Below, piece by piece: positions 37,658-50,509 of a DNA stretch of 64,000 nucleotides (positions are counted from its first letter, which is position 1; every line of letters starts with the position of its first letter). Source of the stretch: Lama guanicoe. Taxonomy: Eukaryota. The position numbers and the translations under genes are program-made. Below the pieces are notes generated by a model that worked only from the letters and a program-made list of their open reading frames with translations, searched no databases and was not told the origin of the DNA. The stretch spans positions 4,547,824 through 4,611,823 of the forward strand of contig MU054391.1 of NCBI GenBank assembly GCA_013239625.1, in the 5' to 3' direction.

Positions 37658-38290
37658 TGTTGCGGAAAAATGTGTTACAGCTCAGTGTTATAGTTCAGTG
37701 TTACAGCTCGGTGTTGCAGCTCAGTTGTGACAGCAACCTGGATCCATGCAAAAGACCAAAAAGCACTCGAACAGTTAGAGAACTCAGGTTTATTACGCCA
37801 GCCTCCAGGGGGCCCAGAGGATTTAACACTCCAACCTCTGAACCCCGTTTGTAGGTTTACACTGGCTTTTACAGGCTGTCAGTTTACACTTTGCAACACC
37901 ATATGCAAATGAGGTATAAGGAAAGTTGACAATTAAGAGCAAGCTTTGTAGAAATGGACCAATCAAGAGGGAGAGAAATAACCAATCAGGAGTGAGGGAA
38001 GTGGACCAATCAGGAATGAGCTCCATGCAAATGAAGTACTCCAAATGGACCAATCAGAAGTTAGGGAAATGGACCAATCGGAAGTTAGGGAATTGAACCA
38101 ATCAGGAGTGAAGGAAATAACCCATCAGGAGTGAGCTCAGGGAACCAATAGAATTTTAGGGGTAAGTAAGCCGTTTCAGAGGCAAAAAGTGAGGTAGAGC
38201 CTCTGGGCCAGGGAACCGGATGGTGCTGGCAGGAGAGTAGTGGCCCTGCTTGGAGGTCCTACCGGTCTTTCTATGGGGCTTCCCACCTCA
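37658..38290 (-). mobile_element. ERV1-type solo LTR (633 bp) inserted in a MIR
   Basis: TG...CA termini; exact 4-bp TSD ATAT (37654-37657, 38291-38294); minus-strand AATAAA at 37789-37794; TATA-like TGTAAAAG at 37866-37873. Confidence 0.9.
37903..38150. promoter_or_regulatory. CCAAT-box (NF-Y) array with two octamer motifs in the LTR U3
   Basis: CCAAT at 37959, 37982, 38006, 38050, 38074, 38098 and 38145; ATGCAAAT at 37903-37910 and 38025-38032. Confidence 0.75.
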
Positions 38291-39419
38291 ATATGTACCC
38301 TGAAGGACATCTAAGCTCATCAGAGGTAACGACCGTGTGCCACGTGCAGTGGTGGCTGCGGCTACCACGTTATTTACCAGCTGGAAAGAGAGCTCACTGT
38401 CCTTGAGTAAGACTTATCACGTCTACGTCACTACTGGTTGTTGCTGTTTTTAGTTCAGTCATTGTTGTGTTGTTACTGTTACTGGTTTTAAGACACGAAT
38501 ATAAGTTTTTAATAAACCCCTGATGGCTGGGTGCTTTGGGGGATGGACACAGAGAGAAGTTTCCGCCCTCTGGGGACTTAGACTCTCACTGGAGACCCGA
38601 GTCTAGGGCGTCAAGAAAGGAGCCGGTCGCACGAGCCATGGGTGCCTTGCCCGTGGGATGCGTTCCCGTGAATGCTTGTCTACTGAGCTGAATGAGGTCA
38701 GCTGATGATGCGGAAGGACAGTGAGGACGTGGGGAGTGGCCATGAGCAGGAGAAAGCATGTGGGGTTCATTTCGCCAGCCTCATCATCCGGCCCCAGACC
38801 CTGGACGCCCTGGCTCTGCAGGGTGTGTTGTGTCAGCTAATGAGAGAACAGTGTGGGGTGTCCAGGGGTCCTGAGTGATGAGTGGGCAGCTCCATGAAAT
38901 GCAATAAGTAGAAGCATCATTTTCAGAAGAAAAAAAAGGATTTGGGATTCAGAAAAAAAGCATATTTCACTTGTTTTTCACCTGGTGGTAGGTGTCATTT
39001 TATGGATTTTGGCCCTAAACACCAGACAGGGGCCTCTTTCTGGTGAGCTGAGCTTGTTCAAAACTGTCCCAGAAGAGAAAGCTGCCCCTGGACCTGTCCT
39101 GTGCCCATCCCTGCACAGAAGGCCGCGCAGGTGCCAGGAATCCAGACCGGAGTCGGGGCCCTGGGTGCATGGCTCAGCCCTGAGACATATGGAGACACAG
39201 CCCAGCAAGCAGGGCGCCACTGCGGTGGCCCGAAGGATTGCCAGCCAGGAGGCTGGGGCCCTGGCCTGGTTCCCCCTCCATCACCTACTGGGACTGGTCC
39301 TGGAACCAAAACCTCTAACCCTCACCACCAGTCGGTCCACGCAGCTGCCTGGAGCCAGCACGTGCCAGCGCATCTGCGAGGAGACGGCCCTCAGGCCTGA
39401 GATCCAGAAGATGCAGCCA

Positions 39420-39725
39420 GCGCCGTTGGGATCGCTGTCCTCCAGCTAGCGTGCGAGGGAATGCCGACATTCTGGGGCACAAGGGCCCTCGGCAGCCGCC
39501 ACCAGCCCCCTGGCTTCACAGACGCCGAGGCCCAGGCGTGCGGGACACCTGGCCACACTGCAGGGCGGTCGGGGGCGGGCAGGTGAGGCGCCGGGGGCTG
39601 TGATGCTGGCAGACCCTGCCTCCTCCCGGGCTCTACAACCTCAAGTGTTACATTTAACCTCGTCACACTCAGCAACCAGCTGGCATGCCCGACGCGGAGG
39701 CGCCAAGACGTTCCCACGGAGCTCC
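39420..39725. other. CpG-rich GC patch (small CpG-island-like)
   Basis: Dense CpGs ('gcgccgttgggatcg', 'gggcggtcgggggcgggc', 'ccgacgcggaggcgcc') with GC boxes. Confidence 0.5.
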
Positions 39726-40333
39726 AAACCCAGTTCAGATGCTGGCTTAGGTCACAGTCTGGAAGCACCCAGAAATAAGACATCCTGGCGCTGCAGACGT
39801 GGTCAGACAACAGCCGTCCATGTGGGAGGACACCTATTCATGGAGCTGGGGGCGGGCACTTTGCACCCAAGAATTCCACGTGGCAGGAAATTCAGCTGAA
39901 TTATTCAGCTCCTCGCAGTCTCCACTTTACTAAGCAAAAGAACCAGAATTTGTGCTGGGTTCTCACTGATGCCAGTGTCGGGGATGCTTCCCTTTGCTGT
40001 GTTTTGTTCACTCACCCTAACTGCCTTTTGCACTCCTGCTACTTTTAAGTCCATTAGGGACCCAGCACCACTAAGACACCAAAGTAACAATTTATGCTGG
40101 AATGTCCAGCTCTCTCCAGCTACTTACTCTGCCTCCATTCAAACGAGGTTGCTCAGTCTAACCCGTCTGACCCCACCGTGACCAACTATCTAGCAGGCAG
40201 GAGGGTAAGTGCGCAGGTGGCAGGAAGAGCAGCATGGACGCCAACCTGGAGGCTGAGGGGGCTGGATGTGGGGAGCGCCTGCTACTAAGACGAAAAGAGG
40301 ACGAGCAGGTGAGGAGGGTCCGGGAGGCAGAGG

Positions 40334-40933
40334 TGTTGGAGCAGGCAGACAGCTGGACAGGAGAGAGAAAGGGGGGCACAGGCCAAAGGACAGAATCTAC
40401 ACATCTTACAAACAACAGGGTCTCCTTGAGCAGCCGAAAAAGCAGGAACCTCTGGACCGATAAGAAGCCACACATTTCGGGGTGATGAGGGTCCTGGAGG
40501 CAAAGAAAGGTGGGAAAAGGCAGGCACCTCTGGCATCCAAATGTAACCTTTTGCTCATTTTGCCCTCATTACAATAAAATCAGCCTTGCAGATGAGAGGT
40601 ACCCATCATGCACCAGCACCATGACACCTCCAATCCACACTAAATAAATGAGGCCAAAAATCCCTCTTCCCCTCGGGAAGGTGGAGCTGGGGTGAAAATC
40701 AAGAAATACAACCCCAAACCCCTCTCCCCATAATGAATATCCGACCCATTCATTTTTACATCCCAGCTAACAAGCTTGCCCAAGAAACTCAGTGCGGGTC
40801 CTCACCTGAGTCTGCCCACTCTCCCCTCGAGAGCATCTTATCACATAATAAACCCTCACCTTACTTTCCTGACCTCCATGTCTTATTTCTGAAGTCTTTC
40901 TGTGATGAGACAAGAACCCACTCTCCGGCAACA
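40334..40933 (+). mobile_element. ERV1-type solo LTR (~600 bp)
   Basis: Inverted termini TGTTG...CAACA; AATAAA near 40847 followed by 'tctttctgtgatgagacaagaacc', typical of an ERV1 U5; TSD imperfect, so the start is less certain. Confidence 0.7.
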
Positions 40934-41139
40934 GAAAGAAGAGCATGAGAAGAAAAAAAGTCTGTGAATAACCTGGTGATTCAAGGAATCTCTCAGCTCC
41001 TTGAACCTCTCGCTCACGCCTTCTGCAGTTCTAATTCAATGACAGAGCACAAGCCCCTGTCATTCCCCCCCCCAACGAATCAGCAGGAAAGGAGTGGGCA
41101 GGTCAAGAGCACCCTTGTACAGTCTTGTACACAGTGCAC

Positions 41140-41410
41140 TCACTGTTCCCTCCCCTGGACTCGGCTCTCACTCCATCTCTCCTTCATCTCTGTTCAAACC
41201 CTGCCTATTCCTCAAGGACAGATCCATGTGCTGCTTCTTCCCAGAAGTGTTCTCTGTCTGTCCCCTGGAATTGATTTCCCAGTTCACCATAAGGACCATT
41301 TACTCTTCGAAGGAGAAGACCCCTCCAGTCCCCTCTGTGGCTCCCACTTCCCTTCGCACTTGGTCCCTGATGCATAACAGACAGGGATGTCTGCACAATT
41401 TCAGTGAAAT
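41140..41410 (+). mobile_element. L2 3' region
   Basis: 'cactgttccctcccctggac...cctgcctattcctcaaggacagatcc...cttcttcccagaag'. Confidence 0.65.
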
Positions 41411-42689
41411 GGACTCCCAGTCCAGGGGTTGCAGCTGGTAACCGATGCCCAGAAAGGATGGGCTGGATGGTCATCTCACTGAGAAATGGGGACCTGACCG
41501 CCTGGAGGAGGAGAGTGGGTTTTAACAAAGCCGGGTGCTATGTGAGAGGTGTGCGTGGGGACGGAGGGAGACCCAGGTGACAGTCCAACTTCCACCCCTA
41601 CCTACAAAGTGGAAATAATAACGTGATTGTTTTCAGAAGATTTTGTGAGCATTAAATAAGAAAAGCCCTCAGTACATTATCACGGAGTGCTTCTTAACGC
41701 TCATGTAAAACCCATACGTTGCTCCTGTGAGTCCGGTGTTATCATTCCCCCTCTCCGCCTGGCTTCAGGTCATTGAAGGCTGAATCTGCACTCGGAGTTG
41801 GCTCATTTAATGCCAAATGATACCCCTGGGCTGGGCCCTCTTTGGGGCAGTGGAAGGAGCCTGAGGCTGGGAGCGGGATGGGGGTGGGGGAGGAGTCCCA
41901 GGCTGGCCCCATCAGGAAAAGGCCAGCCCATTCTCTGTGCTTCTGTCCCTTTTCTCCAAGGTTTTGATGGCATCCGGGCCCACTGTCAGATGAAGAATTC
42001 ACTGACCCAAGTTATAGCATTTCTAGGATGAGGACGCTGGGGACTCAGGGCAGCCCAGCTTCACGTGGTCAGGGGACTTCGTGGCTCCTTTCCTCCCTGT
42101 TTCTCCTTCTGTCACTCTACAAGTGCCACCCAACTGGCCCGAGACTGACGGTCACTGACTGTCCCCTGCATGTCATTTTGTCGTGTGCTCTGCCATTGAC
42201 ATGCACCATTCAATCCTTCCTCCCCGCCCTACTTCCCAAGTTATGTAGCAATGACTTTAGTTTTGCCTTTTTTTTTTAACAGTTGCTGCAAAAGAAATTA
42301 GGGGCCTCTTTAAGCAACCTGGACACAGAGAGAAGTGCTTTGAGCTCAGGCTGCCTCCACAGGGTTGAATTAAAAAGTGCCCAAAATAAGGTAGGTGTTA
42401 TAAAACAAACTGAGTTCTCCCCAGGAAATGCTCCCTGGTGGGAAACGGAATTGAGGAAATTACTTGTGTTCAAGCTGAACCTCTGAATCACAGGGTCATT
42501 ATTGCACCCACTAAAATTCCTATTGTGCTTTGGACAAGAATTCCAGGACGTCACAGCAGGGGACTGGCGGGATTCCCACGGGGGGTTCCGACCCTGCCCC
42601 TCTTTGAAGCACTGTGAGCTGATTGGATCATTTCCAAATTAGACTGACCTGTGTTTTCAATTATATTAAATCACACCAAATCAACAGAC

Positions 42690-43030
42690 ATACTCTGTGC
42701 CTTCTGTGTGCCCGGCTCTGGGCTCCACCAAGGAGCAGAAACGTGCAGAGGCTGCTTGAAGAGAGGAGACTCAGACACCTGAGGTTTTGTAGGTATCAGA
42801 GCATATGAAGACTGTGCCAAAAGTTAATTATGCAATAGGGCAGACGGCCAAGAAAACCTGATGCAGAAGGAAAGGACAAAGGGAGGGGCTGACAGGGGAG
42901 GTTCTAGAAGGATGGATTCAAGCTGAACCCACCAACCAAGGGAAGCCGTGCAGGTGGAGACAAGAAAAGTGGATTCTCCAAAAGGGAGACCCGGCAGACA
43001 CAGCCTCAGAAGACACGAGGAGACTGGGTG
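42690..43030 (-). mobile_element. L2 remnant
   Basis: 'tgccttctgtgtgcccggctctggg', 'ttctagaaggatggattcaagctgaac'. Confidence 0.55.
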
Positions 43031-43479
43031 ACTTTTAAAAGTGTGTCCACTCCATTGGCTGCAACTTTACCTCCTCCACGTGGTATCAGGGCCTGGGCAT
43101 CTGGGTTGCTAAGATTGCCCATTTCTCAACCTCCTTGTGTATACAGCAAGCCTTGGAGGGAAAAGCAGGGGACAGTGAGAAATGCACCAGCCTGGCCAGA
43201 AGACAAGGGCGGTGCAGTGACAAGCGGCCCCAAAACCTGGCACTGGCCACACTGAGCCTCAGTTTCTTCACTCGTGAGCTGGGGAATGAGCCAGCAGGCT
43301 TTCCTACTTCGTGAGATCTTTGCAGGAATCAAATGAGGAAATGGATGTGACGGGGACAGGACCTGGTGTGCTGCGTGGCTGCAGGGTTAGCAGGAGCAGA
43401 GGCGAGATGGGGAGCAGGGACAGTGGGGACACGGGGCATCATTCCAGGCACCAGCTCTGCAGTTGGAGAGGCAGCCTGC

Positions 43480-43680
43480 ATACCATCCCTGGTTCAGTCA
43501 TTTACTGGTTGGAGAGGTTACGTTACTCCTCTGTACCTCAGTTTCCTCACCATTAAAAGGCAATGAGCACAATTCCTACACTTCCTTCGATTAAATCAGC
43601 CAACCCTTGTAAAGCTTCCAGAGCGTGCTTACCAGAGAGCAAGTCTTGCATTAACGTTCGTTATTAATTACGACGGCTAG
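43480..43680 (+). mobile_element. MIR SINE
   Basis: 'ttactcctctgtacctcagtttcctcaccattaaaagg'. Confidence 0.75.
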
Positions 43681-43739
43681 CTTTGTTACTATTGAGGAAG
43701 ACCAGTTATTTATAACACTCAGAAGCCCAGGCTGACCCA

Positions 43740-44010
43740 CACATCCTGGCTGGAGACCCAGGGGAGCGTTGATGATCCAGCCTGGAGATGACGTTGCAGT
43801 CTGGAGGCAGAATCCCCTCTTCTTCATGGGAGATCACGCTTTGTCCCCTTAAGGCCGTCAACTGATTAGATGAGGCTCACCCACATTATGGCAGGTTATC
43901 TGCTATACTCAGCATTTGCTGATTTAAATGTTGACCTCATCTGAACAAATCTTCTCAGCAACATCTGGGTAAGCTGGCCCAGCCACATGCATGCATAAAT
44001 TACTCACTGC
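43740..44010 (-). mobile_element. ERVL LTR (MLT2-like) fragment
   Basis: 'caactgattagatgaggctcacccacattatggcaggttatctgctatactc...ctgatttaaatgtt'. Confidence 0.8.
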
Positions 44011-46828
44011 TGCAGGGCTGCGCCTCCCCTGTGAACCTCATTGTCATCCCCTCACAGAGGCACTGGTACTCAGCAGGTGCTCAATAAATGCTCATCAAGA
44101 GAATGAGTGGATGGAGAGATTACTGAGAGAGAAATTACTTTATCTGAGAGATCATCTTTAAAAATAAAAAAAGCCATGTCTAACTGTTTTGGCACAAAAC
44201 AAATGGACTTTTGGAAAAAAGCACTTGTTCTATTTTCAGTCTTTCTCCTGTGGACCCCAGAGGCTGACGGCTTCCACAGTCCAGCCGACCACCCCTCCCT
44301 GCCCCGGCTCACACCCTGTTACAAAGAACAGCACTGTCTGGGGGGGCAGAATCGGAAAGGGCGGGAGGCATTAACTGCCAAGAAACAAGCCTCTGCTCTT
44401 CTGCCTCAGGAAAAAGCCAAGGCTGAGAGGAAGCCACTGCAGGTGTCTGTTCCAGGGGCCTCCATGTTTACAGGATCCCCATCATCCAGAAAAACAAGGT
44501 GCAAACTGACGGGCTAGCCAGTGTTTACAAGTTGTTCAGCAAACACACTTGTAAATGTCTGATCTGTCATTTACACGAATGTGCCTCAGATTCAAAGCGA
44601 TCCCAAGTCAGCCTGGTCCAGCGTCGCTGTAGTCTGTCTCTTTATCCCTCTTGTAACATCTTAAGCATCTATGGGAGAGGCTTGGGATTGCCCAAGTTTA
44701 TTGGCCAGAGCATCATATGTTTGCTCCAGGATATAATTCAGACCAGAGAATGACAAGATTTCTGGACTGGGATGAACCTGAGACATCCAGACACCAGAAT
44801 CAGCCCCAGGGAGGCAAGGTGAAATGCACAGGGGTAATGAAGCTGAGCAGTTCTGGGGCAAAACCAGATCAGCTCCTCCCCATCCTGGTCCAGAGACTGG
44901 CCATTGCTTTGTGGTTTACCATCATGGAGAGGTTATAGCTGGGGAGAACTCATAAAAGTAACCAGTTAAGCCATACCTTGCAACTGTATAAATGTTTGCT
45001 GGTCTAAAATTCCATTCGAAGCTTAGCTCAGAGATAAATTCGATGATTTTACCCCTGGCCAAAACCAGTATTTACGGCATTTGAGTGAGCAGTAAATTAC
45101 CAGTTTCAAGCAAAAAAAAAAGTCCTTTCCGCATGTTCACAAACATATCATCACCCCCAAACACTACATCACTTTAATAAAATATATGGCAAATTTGCTT
45201 ATTATATTTGGGGGTAATTTAATCTACTGCTCATATATATTCTACCAACCCACACATGTGATGCAGTGTATTGACAAAAATGACTTCGTATTAATGAGCA
45301 AACAAGATGTTTTAAAGTGAATACTGGCCTTATCTCCTCTATATGTGTTTATTTTATCAATTTATGAAAGTAGGGTGCTCTCGAATTGTATAAAATTACA
45401 TCTGTTTATCCATCATAAACATCCCATAACATTCAGCTCCAGAATGATGATAAAAAAAGGCATCAGGACCCAATTTATATAAAAATATATCTGTTTCAGA
45501 GATCTATTCATCCGACTCACTGAGCCAAAACTTTTCTCCATTAAAAGACCCTCAGTTTCCTGAAAAGCAAAAGTCATACAGACACAGGTTGGCGATCAGA
45601 ACATCACCCGGTGTCTGCCCAGCAGGTGAGCCTCTGACAGTGATGTTCACGCATGACTCTAGTAGGAGAAGTCCTGGGGAGGGCCTGGAACTTGACTCTG
45701 CTCTCTCCTCTCCTGGTGCCACCAACTCTCCCTGGTGCTGTCAGTTTGCTGGACCCCCACCCCCTTCCCAGCCCCAACTCTCCTGATTGTGTTGTTAATG
45801 AGTCTGGTGGACCACAAAGAACAGGAATTTCACACTCAGCTGCTTTGGCACTCACTGTGCTTGCCACAACCCAGTGAGGCTCAAAGAGGCACAAAGACCA
45901 CTCCCCTTGTTTAGAAATATCCCCGTGTTCGCAATAACTCCTTCCCTGACTGCAGAGCACAAGCGGAAAAATGCTTGTCTTCCTTTAGTGGAATTTCCAA
46001 CCAATTCCATTATTCAACCAGAGATAACAACCAGTGTTTTTATGTAAGAATTTCTTCCCTGCTTTGCCCACGAAATTTATGTTCTTCTATATCCCAAATC
46101 CTAAAAATAAAAAAAAAAAATTCTTAAAATCAATTGTGAAAATAGGAAAACAGGAATAATTATAATTTTCCTACAAGAAAGAGAGTTAGCAGGCAAGACA
46201 TCATTAGTTCAATGGAAGCCACTGGTTCAAGTCAAAAGGAAATGCCATGTGTGGAGTCCAAGGTTAAGATCAAAGCTTCTGGAAGCCAGGACAACAGCAA
46301 GGAGCAGGTGAGTGTCATGATGTAATCGACTGGTGTTGCTTGTGGCTGTTGTCATGTTATAGGAGTGTGTTCTGGTCTTCTGTGCTGCCAATGGCTTGTC
46401 ATTATTGCAAATAAAATAGAAAGCAATATATTTATAGACCAGAGTAGACGTTACACAAATCCTATGAGTATGCCAGGAAATGGCAAGTTTGGGAAGAAAA
46501 AATAACTAACTGGCAACATTGACATGTGATTGTATGTGGTCCTGTGAACCACGCCAGGAGATCTGAATGTTACGTTATTCAACTATACCCAATAGTATCT
46601 CTGGCGTTTTCTAGTATTTGAGTATTTGCTCTAGGCTGTGATTCTTTGCAAATATTTTAACAGAAGAAATGCAAAGGGAGAGTGTCGGTGCTGCGGAGGA
46701 CTCCATGAAATCAGAAACTGATGTAAAGTCTGAATTAGCGTAAGTAACAGTGATTTCGACAGCAACACCAAAATCAGGGCAGACGGACAAAACGTTTCCA
46801 CTGTGGAACAAGAAAACTAGTGACGCAC

Positions 46829-47444
46829 TGATGCAGGAGAAACGGGTGTGGGGCGCGAGGAGGGCGGTGTCCCAGGCCTCGGTTGAGCCCCTGGGACGTG
46901 CCCCGCCAAGCGTGGGTCCTTGGCTTCGCGCAGGAAAGAATCCAAGAGCGAGCCACAGTTGAGATTTATTCAGAGAGATACGCTGAAAGGCAAGAGAAAG
47001 GCCACGAGGTGTGGGGGTGGGTGCTCAGATTAAAAGTAGGAACACACTCCATAGACGGAGTGCGGACCGTCTCCGAAGGGCAGGGGGAGCAGCGGCGAGG
47101 GGCAGTGCTGTCCGTGTTTCTGGGCTTGGTGGCTTCATATGCAAATAAGGGGAAGGCCCAGTCTGGCTAGCCTGGGGAAGGGGCTGGAATTCCCAGGAAG
47201 TCGGCCATTTCCCACTCTTTGACCTTTTGTCGCTAGACCTTGGGACTGCCGTGGTGCCTGTGGGCATGTTATTCACCATGCTAATGTATTACAATAAGCA
47301 TACAGTGAAGCTCAAGGTCCACTAGAAGTTAAATCTCCCATCATCCTGAGCCTCAAGGCCTCCTGGGGTTGAATCTTTCACCATTTTGATGCTAACTGCT
47401 GTAGCATTCCTTGCATGGCTGTGCCCTGCCCCCTTCCTGTCTCA
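46829..47444 (-). mobile_element. ERV1-type solo LTR (~615 bp)
   Basis: TG...CA ends; 'gggtccttggcttcgcgcaggaaagaatccaagagcgagcc...tttattc' (minus-strand AATAAA); octamer 'atatgcaaat'; CpGs retained. Confidence 0.8.
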
Positions 47445-47644
47445 GTAAGTCATAATGCCCAAATTGAGGGTGCTTTTGGACATAGAATAATTAGCCCAAC
47501 TCAACACAAAATGGAAGAAAACTGCCTACATCTGGAATATTTGTTACAAAGCAAAACTCAAGACAGTCACATAGGGCACTGGATGCCTTAGGTGTGACTT
47601 CTAAAACGGAAACTTTTAAATATTAGAGAGTTGAGATAGTATCT

Positions 47645-47905
47645 TTCCATTTCTTTATTTTATTTTTTATTTTATTTTACAAATTTTTGTTCAGTCTGAC
47701 TTTCAATTTTTTTAATTTTATTGAAGTGTAGCTGATTTACAATGTTATTTTCAGGTGTACAACAAAGTGAATCAATTATACATATATATACGTATATATA
47801 TTTAGATTATTTCCATTATAGCTTATTACAAGAAATTGAATATAGTTCCCTGTGCTGTTTAGTAGATCCTTGTGATTTGTGCATTTTATATATAGTAATG
47901 TGTAC
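47645..47905 (-). mobile_element. 5'-truncated artiodactyl-type L1 3' end
   Basis: T-rich tail then 'ttgaagtgtagctgatttacaatgtt...tcaggtgtacaacaaagtga...gaatatagttccctgtgct'. Confidence 0.88.
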
Positions 47906-48889
47906 TTTTCCATCTTGAAATGATTTTTATCTGGTATATATTTTGTATTAAAGTTCTCTTCTTTTACTGTTTCCTATTATCAAATATTTCTATCAAGAAA
48001 AGATCACTTTCACATGTTATTAAAAGATATAATCTTATCATAATATACAAGTTGATAAAAATAGTAAGCCATATATTTATTATGATAAATTTTGTTTGCA
48101 GAAAGCTTCTGAAAGTTTTAGTACAATCCTATTATAATAAAAATCATTCATTGTTTAGTATGGTCACTTATTATTAATTTAAAAATAAATAAATAAAACA
48201 TGAAAAATACAGCCTAGCTTATGATTTCAGGAATTCCCAAGAATTCTAATTTCTCATGTTCAGATCCCAAATATTAATATTAATTAAAGATTAACTGGGA
48301 CTTTGGAAACACTAAGGAAGAAATGGGCCACAATTTATAATGCAGATTCTGTAAGGCAGGAAGTACAATTTTTGTCAAATAATGCTATTTTATCAAATAA
48401 TGCTAATAAAAGTTAATACGAAAAGTCATCCCAAAGAAGTTTATTGAAAGATGAATAAATTGTATATAATGAAAGCCACATTGCTTTGGTTATGTAATAA
48501 TATGCATCTCTCCCAAATTTTTAGCACTCACTTAGAGCCAATGTCTATTTCACTTAGAAATATCTGGAAGAGTTTTTCTCTATAAATAGTAATATTATTA
48601 ACAATCAATCAACATTTGTAACTATTATGTAAATAAAAATTAAATTTTATGAAATGTAGGTTCCAAATTTACAGAAAGACATTCTGTCCTTTTGCTCTAA
48701 ATTATTTGATATACCTTATCCCCAGATATTAGTGGAGAGAAAAAAGAAAGAAAACAAAGAAGTAGAAAAGAAGCCGTTCTTACACAACTGCACAGAAAAA
48801 TAGAGTTCCTTGAAAACTGTTTTTGGAGCTAAGCCTTGGATCCGATAAAATAAACATCCCCTGAGCTATTCCTAATTCATCTTTACCCG

Positions 48890-49180
48890 ATGGTGGTTGC
48901 AAACGAGATTCTCAGGAAGCAGATGCCAGGATGAAATTGAAAGAACAAAAGGTTTATTGGGGAGTAACATCTAATAAGAAAGAAGGGGGAGGAAACGGGA
49001 ATGGGCAGAGGAGCCGGCAGACTGCAAGGACACAGGACACGGCCAGGTCTCCCCCAAGGAGCTTCAGGGCCAGGATCGCCTTTGGGAGACCCCCGTGTGG
49101 ACCAGCGATGGGCAGACCCTTCCTCCACCACTTCGCCTGGGCATCCACACGCCCACGGCTGGTCTTATCTACCTCTCCAA
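48890..49180 (-). mobile_element. ERVL LTR (LTR16/LTR33-like) fragment
   Basis: 'gattctcaggaagcagatgccaggatg...ggtttattgggg...gaatgggcagagg'. Confidence 0.6.
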
Positions 49181-50509
49181 AAGCAACAGAACTACAATAA
49201 CCACACATTCGGAAGGCTTTCTGCAAAGCACAATACGAATATGGAAATGTTTTAGGAATGAGAACCACTTTGGAAACACGTGTTATAATAAGATAGCAAA
49301 ACTAGATGTTGAAGTGGTAAGTTACATCATGGGGTACTGACTGACTCCAGTAGACTTAAAAGTCTCACTAGAATGAAAAGTGTAGGAATGTTGACTACAT
49401 GACTGGCATTAATTGGTGTGCAGCAAATAAAACTATATATTTTCTCCGTCTGTTTCTGGGGTCATCTTATATTTGCAAAGTCTCACAATGAGATAATAAA
49501 CCTGACCTGTAAAGGGTGCTCTCCATTTCAGCCCAGGCAATTAAACGGAAAGAGCAAAAGTGCCCCCACAATTGCCTACTTGCAGGTGCAATCAGTAGCT
49601 CGCAGGTGCAATTAGCCAGGACCCCTCATTCTGAGGCTGTGAGTGACAGATCAGTCAATTATTCAATAGCAGACACAGTGATTTTCACATGCAATTTTGT
49701 ATTCAAAGCTATTCGTAGAACCCAAAATTAATAAATAATGGGACAGGCTTCTGAAAAACGTCTTTCCCAAATGAACTGTCCGTCATCACAAAAGAAGAGA
49801 CTGATCTGATTCTAGGCCCCACTTGTGAGCTTGGGTCAATAAAAGAGACCAGTTCCATCCTTGGCTTCACCCAAATTTCTTTAGAACCTTTTGGAAAAGG
49901 GAACATGCAGGACCATCTTGGATCTTGTATGGCCACTTCCAGCCACTGCAGACCTGTGATAGTCCTCTCATCTAAAGTCACGCCATTGGGGCTAATCTTA
50001 AACTTACCATGTGTGCATCATTTATTCAACAAAAGTTAAGAGCTGTTTGTGTGTCAGAGGCTGAGATATGAGTTCACAGGACATGATCCCTACTGAGAAG
50101 CCCACAGTCTCCCCAAGACATGTAAATGAGCAGACGCAATAATTGGAGAGATATGAACATGGTAGCAGAAAATGAGGTGCCTCCCCCTGTCTGGAGGGGA
50201 CTGGGAGGAGCTCAGGGGGTGCTGGGGGCATGGAGCAGGCTTCAAAGCGAAGAGAAGTACGCTTACTGGAGACTGTACTCGCCCATCAACCCTCAGGAAC
50301 AAAATGCCACTTAATAATGGTGTATCTCACTTCACACATTGCCCAAAAAGAATAACTACTGCTTCTTTTTTTTCTTTTTAAGATTATTCTCCTATATTAG
50401 TTAGGTTACACTAAATGCTTTAGTACATAAACCCAAATATGGGTATTGGCTCAAATGCCACAGAGATTTATGTAACAAGATAAAAGATTGAAAGCCAAAT
50501 CGTTAATAA

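Noticed and set aside
37950..38150. Periodic repeat array considered as CRISPR-like
   Set aside because: The units are degenerate tandem copies without unique spacers and lie inside a TSD-bounded LTR in mammalian DNA.
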